IMG/VR virus record: IMGVR_UViG_3300039098_000013
Location: 1-42,616 of that record
Strand: one strand, 5' to 3'
Length of the DNA: 42,616 bases
Source: a virus
The notes under the pieces were generated by a model. It ran no database searches. It saw only the letters and a program-made list of their open reading frames with translations, and was not told the origin of the DNA. The number at the start of each line of letters is the position of its first letter. Position 1 is the stretch's first letter. Shown here piece after piece: positions 16,275 through 23,359 of this stretch. The position numbers and the translations under genes were made by a program.

Positions 16275-17435
16275 AGGTAGTCGCTGAATCACAATTGAGC
16301 TTTGCAGTGTTGATCCTGTTGCTGTTCCTTCGATACTTTGCGTGATCGAAGTCGCCGATGACAAGTCAGGACTGACAGCAGTTAATACAGTCTTAGGGTT
16401 GCTGAAGGACATAGCACCGTCAATTCCTGAAAGGATCGTAGTGATACTAACCTCGGTTTCATTGATGTACTCTTCAAGTAAAGTTACATCCTCCATGAAT
16501 GCCGCTGCGCTTACCGTGTTGGTAATTGTACCGCGCTCAACAAAGGCCGTGTATTTACTACCAAGCTCAAACTGAGCAGCCGCGGCTGAGTCACTGGCGA
16601 TTGTCATTGATGTTACATACGCCAATACAGCACCATCTTTAACAACTTTCCCATCAGTACCAGAAAACTGTTTAGTGGTTAAATCAGGCGCGTATGTTGA
16701 ACCGGCAGGAGGCATTGCAATAACTTCTTGCTTCCGCCCAATGAACGGGAACGATCCTGTCACTGTCGCGTTTACTGCAACTTCAATGTTGTAAGATGTG
16801 AACTCAACACCACGGGTGATAATAAACTTATCGACTGTCCCACACTTACCAACTAGCCAAGTTAATACCGAGAATGTACGACAAAGGTTTCCAGTCTCAA
16901 GGTAATCACCGACATTGAAGTCAGTAGTTACTACTTCGTCCGTTAGCTCAACTGTTATAGCCGCACCAGTAACCACCAATGCAGAAACAGAGGTTACAAT
17001 GAACGGTTTTGCGTTGTTTCCAGTAAGCGAATCAAATCTAATTAACTGACCAACCTCAACCCCGTCTGCAACATAATCGCCAGCAGTACGAGTGAACTTT
17101 TTACCGACTGAATCGACCGTAACTTCTACAGATGCAACAGTAAAGCCAGATTGCCACTCATTAGACAATGCCGATGCTAATAGATCATCTTGAGAGGTTT
17201 GCGATAACTCTACACCGTACTCGCCAGAAACTTGCTCGTTGCCAGTACGAATTGATGTGATTTCACCAGAGTTATCCAGCTCATTAGATTGAAGAGTATC
17301 TTTTGCTACTACTGGAAAGCCGCCGGTATTTCTAATCTTAGTAAAAACAGGGTTCTGTGGTGTTACTCCAGGTGTATCTTCCTCGACGTACCATTGGGAA
17401 GATGCCTTACCAAGAAATGGATTGTTCGTTGCCAT
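16266..17435 (-). CDS. Major tail protein
   Basis: 389 aa, directly upstream of the G/GT chaperone pair, with its own promoter and strong RBS (aaggaatcataactATG). Confidence 0.6.
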   Translation of the reverse strand: MATNNPFLGKASSQWYVEEDTPGVTPQNPVFTKIRNTGGFPVVAKDTLQSNELDNSGEITSIRTGNEQVSGEYGVELSQTSQDDLLASALSNEWQSGFTVASVEVTVDSVGKKFTRTAGDYVADGVEVGQLIRFDSLTGNNAKPFIVTSVSALVVTGAAITVELTDEVVTTDFNVGDYLETGNLCRTFSVLTWLVGKCGTVDKFIITRGVEFTSYNIEVAVNATVTGSFPFIGRKQEVIAMPPAGSTYAPDLTTKQFSGTDGKVVKDGAVLAYVTSMTIASDSAAAAQFELGSKYTAFVERGTITNTVSAAAFMEDVTLLEEYINETEVSITTILSGIDGAMSFSNPKTVLTAVSPDLSSATSITQSIEGTATGSTLQSSIVIQRLPAL

Positions 17436-17467
17436 AGTTATGATTCCTTTACTGTGCGTTAGGTTGA

Positions 17468-17476
17468 ATTATAACA
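17468..17476 (-). promoter_or_regulatory. Extended -10 promoter motif TGTTATAAT for the major tail gene
   Basis: Minus strand reads caTGTTATAATtcaacctaacgcacagtAAAGGAatcataactATG. Confidence 0.5.
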
Positions 17477-18161
17477 TGGATAGAATTTTCTCTAAATCAA
17501 CAAGGAAAAATCCACCACAGCTATCTCTCTTCCCTCTTAATACTGATGATAAGTGTGATTTATTTAATCCGTGGACCCTACTGAATTCAGATTGATTAAT
17601 CACTATAAATAACTGTCCTAGTTTATCTGATAAAAACCACTTTTCACCATGCGCTCCCATTGCTTTAGATGCATTGTTTGCTCTAGTTACAAACATGCAA
17701 GTGTCAGGGCCGTATAGCTTATTTCCATCTATTTTTATGTCTTTATCTAAGTCATAGTTCTTACCATCTGATGGGTAATTATTATTATACCACTCAGCAA
17801 ATTCTTGGTAGCACAGCCAGGCATCGGATACATAGCAGCCTACATATGTTTTGTTTCTTGATAGAAAATCCTCGTTATAGCATCTAGATAGCATTCCACA
17901 CCAAGTTTTATATGCTCTTTTTTGTTCGCCTGTTGATGTGTATTTACCATACCCAAAGTAACCATGACCATAAACTGAAGCTCTTAGCTTGTCTCTAACT
18001 TCACCTTTCCGTATATGATCCGCCCTGCAATGTGTATCGTTTAAGGTATCTAGAAATTTAACGTGAACTTTTTCATACGACTCATAGCCTAACACTTCTA
18101 TATCACCACTTCTTTTTGTATGGTGAATAGATCCTACGATCATATCATTCGGTGTTTTCAT
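17469..18161 (-). CDS. Free-standing homing-endonuclease-like protein with a C-terminal NUMOD-like DNA-binding motif
   Basis: YKTWCGMLSRCYNEDF...YVGCYVSDAWLCYQEFAEWY and the C-terminal GLNKSHLSSVLRGKRDSCGGFFLV resemble phage homing endonuclease modules. It interrupts an otherwise canonical tail gene order. Confidence 0.5.
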   Translation of the reverse strand: MKTPNDMIVGSIHHTKRSGDIEVLGYESYEKVHVKFLDTLNDTHCRADHIRKGEVRDKLRASVYGHGYFGYGKYTSTGEQKRAYKTWCGMLSRCYNEDFLSRNKTYVGCYVSDAWLCYQEFAEWYNNNYPSDGKNYDLDKDIKIDGNKLYGPDTCMFVTRANNASKAMGAHGEKWFLSDKLGQLFIVINQSEFSRVHGLNKSHLSSVLRGKRDSCGGFFLVDLEKILSML

Positions 18162-18188
18162 ACTAACCTCGTCAAGTTATTCGTCATT

Positions 18189-18256
18189 AAAAAAGCGGAA
18201 ACCATTGACGATTATGGCTTTCGGATGGCCGTCCTATCCGCTGGTACATTATAACA
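18189..18256 (-). promoter_or_regulatory. Second promoter-like -10 plus branched hairpin plus U6 cassette
   Basis: Minus strand reads aaTGTTATAATgtaccAGCGGAtaGGAcggccaTCCgaaaGCCATaatcgtcaATGGTtTCCGCTTTTTT, upstream of the endonuclease-like gene. Confidence 0.5.
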
Positions 18257-18664
18257 TTACACGGTTGTGTAGGCACTAAAGGTAATTGTTAGTGATTTCT
18301 TACCCCACCCACCATCAACTAACAGCGGGCTAACAGATAAAGACTCGACACCAAAGCACTCACCATCAAAGAAGTGATCGCTTCCTATCTTGAATAAATT
18401 TCCAACCTTATCAATCATTTTATTTATTGGTGATGATCCAAGATGAGAGCTGTAATTAACATCAACTTGATATAGACCGTCAACCAATTCATTCACAGAT
18501 AAGTCAGCTGATGATTGATCGCTTGCCAATAAGAAACCAGCCAGAAATGGCACTGATTCATCAGTAGGGCAATCTATATTTTCACGGCAAACCTTTATTG
18601 ACTCATCAACGCCAAGCTGCGCTAATGGTAAATCGAATGCCTTTTGAGCTTGAGTGGTTATCAT
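18257..18664 (-). CDS. Tail terminator protein (DUF4128-like)
   Basis: 135 aa, between the gp10-like and major tail genes. The GLYQVDVNYSSHLGSSP pattern resembles tail terminators. Confidence 0.5.
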   Translation of the reverse strand: MITTQAQKAFDLPLAQLGVDESIKVCRENIDCPTDESVPFLAGFLLASDQSSADLSVNELVDGLYQVDVNYSSHLGSSPINKMIDKVGNLFKIGSDHFFDGECFGVESLSVSPLLVDGGWGKKSLTITFSAYTTV

Positions 18665-19107
18665 TTTGGCAATGTCCTCTTAGCTTCAGCCTCTAGTAGT
18701 TTATTAAACCTAGCTATATTTATACGGACCATTCCAGCGGGAGCTTGCCTTGAGTATCCACCGACGGTCTTCGGCCCTTCGCTGTACAATCCATACTCTA
18801 GACTTGGTATATATGCCAAGTTATTAGTTAAGGTAAAGACTGACCAATCCTGTAATGACAAAACAACCGACGTCGCATTGGTTATCGCAGACTCACCAGT
18901 CACATCCTTACCGCTTGATGTGACTTTAACTGATGGCTTTTGTCCAGTAGCGAACCAGTTAGATCTAGCTCGGCCGGAGTCAACTGGGGTTGCTTTGATT
19001 ATTGAAGACCATAGTTTAATAGTGGCCCCTCGGATCGCTTGCTCAGCGCCAGTATTAAACGAGTCAGCCCAATTTTTAACATCTAACGTAAATGAGTCCG
19101 ACATCAC
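18661..19107 (-). CDS. HK97 gp10-like tail completion / neck protein
   Basis: ATPVDSGRARSNWF and LTNNLAYIPSLEYG motifs are typical of the HK97 gp10 family. Confidence 0.65.
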   Translation of the reverse strand: MMSDSFTLDVKNWADSFNTGAEQAIRGATIKLWSSIIKATPVDSGRARSNWFATGQKPSVKVTSSGKDVTGESAITNATSVVLSLQDWSVFTLTNNLAYIPSLEYGLYSEGPKTVGGYSRQAPAGMVRINIARFNKLLEAEAKRTLPK

Positions 19108-19529
19108 TTCCTCACTTGAATCTTGTATAGCACGATTAATTCTTTACCGGTGTAATCTGCTGCTGGTGTATTTACGATTGACCAGTTAGCGCCATCGATC
19201 ACAACTTTATCGTTTACTGCTGGAATGATATCTTTATGTGTAGCTCCTAGCTCATCCTCGAATTCAACCGATACACTGAGCATCTTATCCCCACTGCGAA
19301 TAGTTGCGCCGTTTACCATCGCCTCGGACACAGTTTGTTCTACACCAGTCATGAAGTATTTAGTATCAGGACCAATTACGTCTTCGCCCTCGAACGGATC
19401 CCAAGTTATCGAACCCTGCTTTAATATGGCTAATCGCGTACTACCTTCTCGACCGTCAAACTTAGTTAATAGTTTAGTCGCAACTTTATCGCGCATCTTT
19501 TTAGCAAACTTCTGACCAAATGCACTCAT
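19104..19529 (-). CDS. Head closure / head-tail joining protein
   Basis: 141 aa. Called by position between the adaptor region and the gp10-like gene. Confidence 0.4.
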   Translation of the reverse strand: MSAFGQKFAKKMRDKVATKLLTKFDGREGSTRLAILKQGSITWDPFEGEDVIGPDTKYFMTGVEQTVSEAMVNGATIRSGDKMLSVSVEFEDELGATHKDIIPAVNDKVVIDGANWSIVNTPAADYTGKELIVLYKIQVRK

Positions 19530-20656
19530 GACAAGCCCAACCTTTTCATATTGAACCCAAGCGAGTTAATAGTGATTGTCGATGTTCCAGCTGCCGTATA
19601 GACATAAACCTCAACCAAATCAGCTTCTGTAATAATCGCCTCGGTGAATGTTGAGATAGCCGCTGAGCCAGAGTCGATATTGTTATTACTAAGGTCTATA
19701 GCGCTAATTAGCCCGCTAGGCGCGCCGTTAACGTAAGCTTCAAGAAATATGACTGTATTTGCTGTAGATGTGATCGATACAGTGCCGTTAAATTCATAGT
19801 AACCAGAAAAGCCGCCTGGTGATGGAGAAAAAGTACCACGAAACCCATTACCTGATGCGATTGCTTGCACGTTGGTATTGATTGAAAAAGGAGCGTTACC
19901 GTAACCTTCAATTTGCTGTGGTGTAGTATTTATTGCCTGAGTTACATTTGAACCATCACTTCTAAGCTGACCAATAGCCACAGGAACTTCAAGACGAGAT
20001 GTCGCTGTGAATATCTGACCTGTAACACTTGATGTTAATACGGTAGCTGCAACACTTGCGATCGCTGGAGGTATGTTTGTTAATGCGCCAGGAGTAACGT
20101 CGCTCACATAAAGAATATCACCAGCAGCGAACAGTGACGTATCAACATCTGACACTTTGCCAATTCGAGTAACGTAACCAGTTTCTCCAACAGGTATATC
20201 ATGGGTAGCAATACCCGATGCTGTTGCGTTTGCGATGCTATCAGCGAGCGCCCTAACCACCGTAGGCACTCCGCCTATCGCAGCAGTAAGGACAACAGCT
20301 TGACCGTTAGTTATCGTCGCGCCGTTATTGTTTAGCACCTTAATTACTATTTCTTGACCACAGTTAATCTTGGTGTCTGATTCTTCATTGTAATAACTTA
20401 AGGCTTTCTCGGTATCATCCCAAAATACCAGCCCCTCTTGATATGCAGGGTCTGGGTTTGGTGATGCAGCATTTCGAAGTAGGATATTTTTGATAGCGCC
20501 AAGCATGAATTGCTCAGCAAGTTCTGACATATTCACATCAGAAGAAATCATTTCCTCTAAACCTTGGCGCAACTTTGCAGGAGTTATAGCGCCAGTGCCG
20601 TTATCAGGGTAAAGGTTAGCTATTAGAGCTAGTAGGTCATTCTTGTTGGATGCCAT
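19526..20656 (-). CDS. Fibre-like structural protein in the neck position, with a C-terminal jelly-roll (C1q/TNF-like) appearance
   Basis: The N-terminus LLALIANLYPDNGTGAITPAKLRQGLEEM is a fibre-type N-terminal motif. The C-terminus is GYYEFNGTVSITSTANTVIFLEAYVNGAPSG...LVEVYVYT. Confidence 0.35.
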   Translation of the reverse strand: MASNKNDLLALIANLYPDNGTGAITPAKLRQGLEEMISSDVNMSELAEQFMLGAIKNILLRNAASPNPDPAYQEGLVFWDDTEKALSYYNEESDTKINCGQEIVIKVLNNNGATITNGQAVVLTAAIGGVPTVVRALADSIANATASGIATHDIPVGETGYVTRIGKVSDVDTSLFAAGDILYVSDVTPGALTNIPPAIASVAATVLTSSVTGQIFTATSRLEVPVAIGQLRSDGSNVTQAINTTPQQIEGYGNAPFSINTNVQAIASGNGFRGTFSPSPGGFSGYYEFNGTVSITSTANTVIFLEAYVNGAPSGLISAIDLSNNNIDSGSAAISTFTEAIITEADLVEVYVYTAAGTSTITINSLGFNMKRLGLS

Positions 20657-20657
20657 A

Positions 20658-21164
20658 TTAATATCTCACTGTTCTAAATAGTACGCCACTTCCGCCGATA
20701 GGGTCGATTAAGCAACCAAGCATATCAACCGCCTCTGTGATAACCGTCGTTTCAGCAGTCTTGAATGATTGGAAGTATTCCTCCTTAACTGCGCCAACCA
20801 CCTCATCGAGTTTAACCTCTACGCCAGTGTCATTGCCACGTACAGTTTCACCTGCTGTGATTGCATTGCTGTAGATAACTTGTGCGTAACCCGCCTTCAT
20901 TAACTGGTAATCAATCGACATTTCATTTCCATCGCAAAATACACCGGTACGCGGGAAGGCTAACGGTTGCTCTGGTAGTAACTTTGTACCTTTGAATGAG
21001 TTGTTATCTACATACACCGCACCTTTACGCAGTGCTACATCTGCCTCATCATCATCAACTGGCAGCGTGTAACCGTACTTTAATGCGTAAGCTCTGGCAT
21101 CTGCCAAGCTAATATATGAATCAGCGAGCGGGTTATCACCACTACCAGTTTCAACGACAAGCAT
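20658..21164 (-). CDS. Head-tail adaptor (gp6-like connector)
   Basis: NPLADSYISLADARAYALKYGYTLP...ADVALRKGAVYVDN resembles gp6-like connector proteins. It is the second gene of the neck operon. Confidence 0.55.
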   Translation of the reverse strand: MLVVETGSGDNPLADSYISLADARAYALKYGYTLPVDDDEADVALRKGAVYVDNNSFKGTKLLPEQPLAFPRTGVFCDGNEMSIDYQLMKAGYAQVIYSNAITAGETVRGNDTGVEVKLDEVVGAVKEEYFQSFKTAETTVITEAVDMLGCLIDPIGGSGVLFRTVRY

Positions 21165-21165
21165 A

Positions 21166-21324
21166 TTATTCGGACTCCAGCATTGACTTAACAGCCTCGC
21201 CTAATTCCATAACGGATTCAGGGACAAATGTTTGACCTAGCGCGTAACCCATCGGATCGTCATCTAGGCGCTTTGATAGATAAACTCGACCATCTTCAAG
21301 TAATTGAACTGTGATTTCTTTCAT
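21166..21324 (-). CDS. Hypothetical 52-aa protein, first gene of the neck/tail operon
   Basis: gagggttaacagATG gives MKEITVQLLEDGRVYLSKRLDDDPMGYALGQTFVPESVMELGEAVKSMLESE. Confidence 0.4.
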   Translation of the reverse strand: MKEITVQLLEDGRVYLSKRLDDDPMGYALGQTFVPESVMELGEAVKSMLESE

Positions 21325-21352
21325 CTGTTAACCCTCGAAAGTTTATTGATAT

Positions 21353-21361
21353 ATTATAACA
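21353..21361 (-). promoter_or_regulatory. Extended -10 promoter motif TGTTATAAT for the neck/tail operon
   Basis: Minus strand reads ggTGTTATAATatatcaataaactttcGAGGGttaacagATG, just downstream of a terminator. Confidence 0.5.
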
Positions 21362-21370
21362 CCGTTGCCT

Positions 21371-21399
21371 ATAAACAAGAAAACCCCAATTAAGGGGTT
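21371..21399 (-). terminator. Rho-independent terminator closing the accessory island
   Basis: Minus strand reads AACCCC-ttaatt-GGGGTT followed by TTCTTGTTTAT. Confidence 0.6.
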
Positions 21400-21529
21400 A
21401 GTGTATTGTTACTTGTCTGATTTCGTCATGGCTTAGTAATTCATACCATGCGCCGTTGTGGTAAACAGTGCCTCCGTTATCCTCTTGCTCGAATGGTAGA
21501 TAATACTCACCTTCTTCTGGTATTCTCAT
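21398..21529 (-). CDS. Hypothetical 43-aa protein
   Basis: ATGA overlap with the upstream ORF. Sequence is MRIPEEGEYYLPFEQEDNGGTVYHNGAWYELLSHDEIRQVTIH. Confidence 0.35.
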   Translation of the reverse strand: MRIPEEGEYYLPFEQEDNGGTVYHNGAWYELLSHDEIRQVTIH

Positions 21530-21948
21530 AACTTAAATACTCTAACTTTACCGCCTGAACCTGAATCTCTTGTCTTGGCGTAGTTAACAGCATCTTTGGC
21601 ATTGCATCCAAAATCCATCGCAGCAATAGCCCAATCAGAACCGCTACCAATGGCGTCGTTATTGATTAACTTCTGCTTCCATAGTGTACCATCACTCTCA
21701 ACACCGCAACGGTATGCGATCCCATCATCAATTGTAATTGCTCCAGCGTCAGGTATTAACTTAGAGCTACCAGTTGAGTATGCATCAATCAGTAAGTCTT
21801 CATCACAAAGAGCGCCGCACAGAAAGAACATAACTCCATTCACCTTTCTGTACTTTATACTTTTATCGTTAACTATTAACGAACCTCTTGTTGTCCTGCT
21901 TTCCACCGCGATTTCCTTATCTTTGTGGTTGTACGCGATAGTAGTAAT
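21526..21948 (-). CDS. HslV / proteasome-beta-like Ntn-hydrolase (putative threonine peptidase), apparently starting at ATT
   Basis: The in-frame extension upstream of the track's GTG reads (I)TTIAYNHKDKEIAVESRTTRGS, followed by CGALCD and AIGSGSDWAIAAMDFG. An in-frame TAG lies 4 codons upstream, and no ATG/GTG/TTG lies before the Thr-Thr. Confidence 0.55.
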   Translation of the reverse strand: MTTIAYNHKDKEIAVESRTTRGSLIVNDKSIKYRKVNGVMFFLCGALCDEDLLIDAYSTGSSKLIPDAGAITIDDGIAYRCGVESDGTLWKQKLINNDAIGSGSDWAIAAMDFGCNAKDAVNYAKTRDSGSGGKVRVFKL

Positions 21949-22075
21949 AAATCCACCCTAGCCATTAATGACGTTATTTAAATGATTCGACCGTAAACCT
22001 GAATTTGTAACCATGCTGATTTTACACCTGTTATCTTAAGTATGTAGTTAGTCACCTCTTACTCCTTACTCTAAA

Positions 22076-22261
22076 TTAAATCTTAACTTTCATCCAAGCC
22101 TTGACGTCTGGTATTTCATCCTTAGTGTCATAGTTAAAGAATTTATCACGCACTTTAAGCGCTTTGTGAAATGTCCATCCACCACCAAATATACCGTTAT
22201 TCACTTTAACTAAAATTGGTTCGCATGTTGGAGCTAGTTTTAGTTCATCATTCCACTTCAT
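22076..22261 (-). CDS. DUF551-like small protein
   Basis: ggagtgcgagtgATG gives MKWNDELKLAPTCEPILVKV...DVKAWMKV, a W...P...W pattern like DUF551. Confidence 0.4.
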   Translation of the reverse strand: MKWNDELKLAPTCEPILVKVNNGIFGGGWTFHKALKVRDKFFNYDTKDEIPDVKAWMKVKI

Positions 22262-22279
22262 CACTCGCACTCCTGTAAA

Positions 22280-22504
22280 TTAAATTTCATTCAAAGCAAG
22301 TAATTCAACATCATCATGATCTGTTGATCTTTCTAGTAGTGGTGTGATTTCATTGTGAGCCATCCCTCTAGCGCAGATAACCAAGTCATCAGCGCTTAGC
22401 GGTAACCATGATTTAATGTTCATTACACCATTCCAATAACTGTACTTTCCAGTGTTGTTATTGTGTGCCATTTTTGCGCTTACGAAATATGTTCTTTTAA
22501 TCAT
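22280..22504 (-). CDS. Hypothetical protein (start moved to the ATG with RBS aaggtgtataaaATG)
   Basis: The track ORF 22280..22528 begins at TTG. The internal ATG at 22504 has a clear Shine-Dalgarno sequence. Confidence 0.5.
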   Translation of the reverse strand: MIKRTYFVSAKMAHNNNTGKYSYWNGVMNIKSWLPLSADDLVICARGMAHNEITPLLERSTDHDDVELLALNEI

Positions 22505-22898
22505 TTTATACACCTTAATTTTAAACAATAAGTATCACTAGACCCCTTCTTGCATGGATGGGGAATTGATATCGTTAATCTACACAACAGTAATCAGGCA
22601 ACCGTTCACAATCCGTGTTGGTGGTCGAATCCATATACCATGCAATAAAGCCTGTTTATCTCGGGTCAAAAAGTCGTGTGTAGCGATCAGTTAAATTGTT
22701 CGGGTTTCGTTTACTGGGAAAGCCCGCTATAAAGACAGGCTGATTGGAAGTGGCGATTGATAGGCAATAAAAAAGAGCTTAGGCGGAATCTATTTAGAGG
22801 TAGTGCAAGCTGGCGTAATGATGGAAACGTAGCTTCTCTTAATAGACCCTGTCTAAACTCTTTCGTATCATCAGGCACTACTCCGAATCAACCTAGTC
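22505..22898 (-). ncRNA. Candidate structured non-coding RNA(s) or long structured leader (~390 nt)
   Basis: No credible ORF on either strand, visibly more G+C than its neighbours, and driven by the promoter at 22899-22926. Several hairpins and long-range complementarities are present, plus two internal U-tracts (A-runs at 22769-74 and 22668-72 on plus). Confidence 0.45.
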
Positions 22899-22926
22899 AT
22901 TATATAACAACTAGGCGATTATGCAA
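22899..22926 (-). promoter_or_regulatory. Strong sigma70-like promoter TTGCAT-16-TATAAT, -10 embedded in a 6-bp inverted repeat
   Basis: Minus strand reads TTGCATaatcgcctagttgttaTATAATgactagg. Inverted repeat CCTAGT(22892-97)/ACTAGG(22910-15) brackets the -10. Confidence 0.6.
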
Positions 22927-22934
22927 AACTTTGG

Positions 22935-23225
22935 TTATCTCGGAAACTCATTAATGTTATTTGTTAGGCTTGTTAGCTCCAAACTTAAATCAATAGCCCA
23001 TACTCTTTCAACCCAGCTATCACCAGTCATATACATTGACCATATGAAGTAATCATTATGCGCCTTTGATAGTAATATCTCTTCTTCACCCTTACCTTCA
23101 TTAATCACTTTAGCTACTTTAACTAATATTTTCCGCTTGTCTCGCTTTCTCTGAATTACTATAAATCCACCAGCTTTGATATCTTTAACAAGTACGCACA
23201 TATTCAATGAGTTTAACTCGATCAT
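22935..23225 (-). CDS. Hypothetical protein
   Basis: 96-aa ORF (ATG at 23225; the track uses GTG at 23228). Confidence 0.5.
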   Translation of the reverse strand: MIELNSLNMCVLVKDIKAGGFIVIQRKRDKRKILVKVAKVINEGKGEEEILLSKAHNDYFIWSMYMTGDSWVERVWAIDLSLELTSLTNNINEFPR

Positions 23226-23350
23226 CACTCCACCTCTTCCAATTCACGTAAAATTAACTCAGCAATATCGACACTCATCATAGTCGGATAGTCTCGCTTT
23301 AATCGCTGGAGTAGTTTAGTTATCTGCTCGTGCTTTTCTGATTGGAACAT
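23225..23350 (-). CDS. Hypothetical 41-aa protein
   Basis: My translation is MFQSEKHEQITKLLQRLKRDYPTMMSVDIAELILRELEEVE. Its stop overlaps the next start. Confidence 0.35.
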   Translation of the reverse strand: MFQSEKHEQITKLLQRLKRDYPTMMSVDIAELILRELEEVE

Positions 23351-23359
23351 TAGTTGTCC

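Noticed and set aside
18644-19515. Plus-strand ORFs 18644..19189 (181 aa) and 19225..19515.
   Set aside because: They are antisense to three tightly coupled neck genes with recognisable family motifs, so they are shadow ORFs.
21596-21961. Plus-strand 121-aa ORF.
   Set aside because: It is antisense to the HslV-like gene, whose peptidase motifs give the minus frame clear priority.
22622-22640. tRNA-like T-arm string GGTGGTCGAATCCATATACCA.
   Set aside because: The flanks cannot form a T-stem, an acceptor stem or an anticodon arm, so no cloverleaf can be drawn. It is treated as part of the structured non-coding region instead.
22757-22954. Plus-strand 65-aa ORF in the non-coding region.
   Set aside because: It has no RBS, starts at a non-ATG codon, runs against the local transcription direction and across the strong minus-strand promoter.
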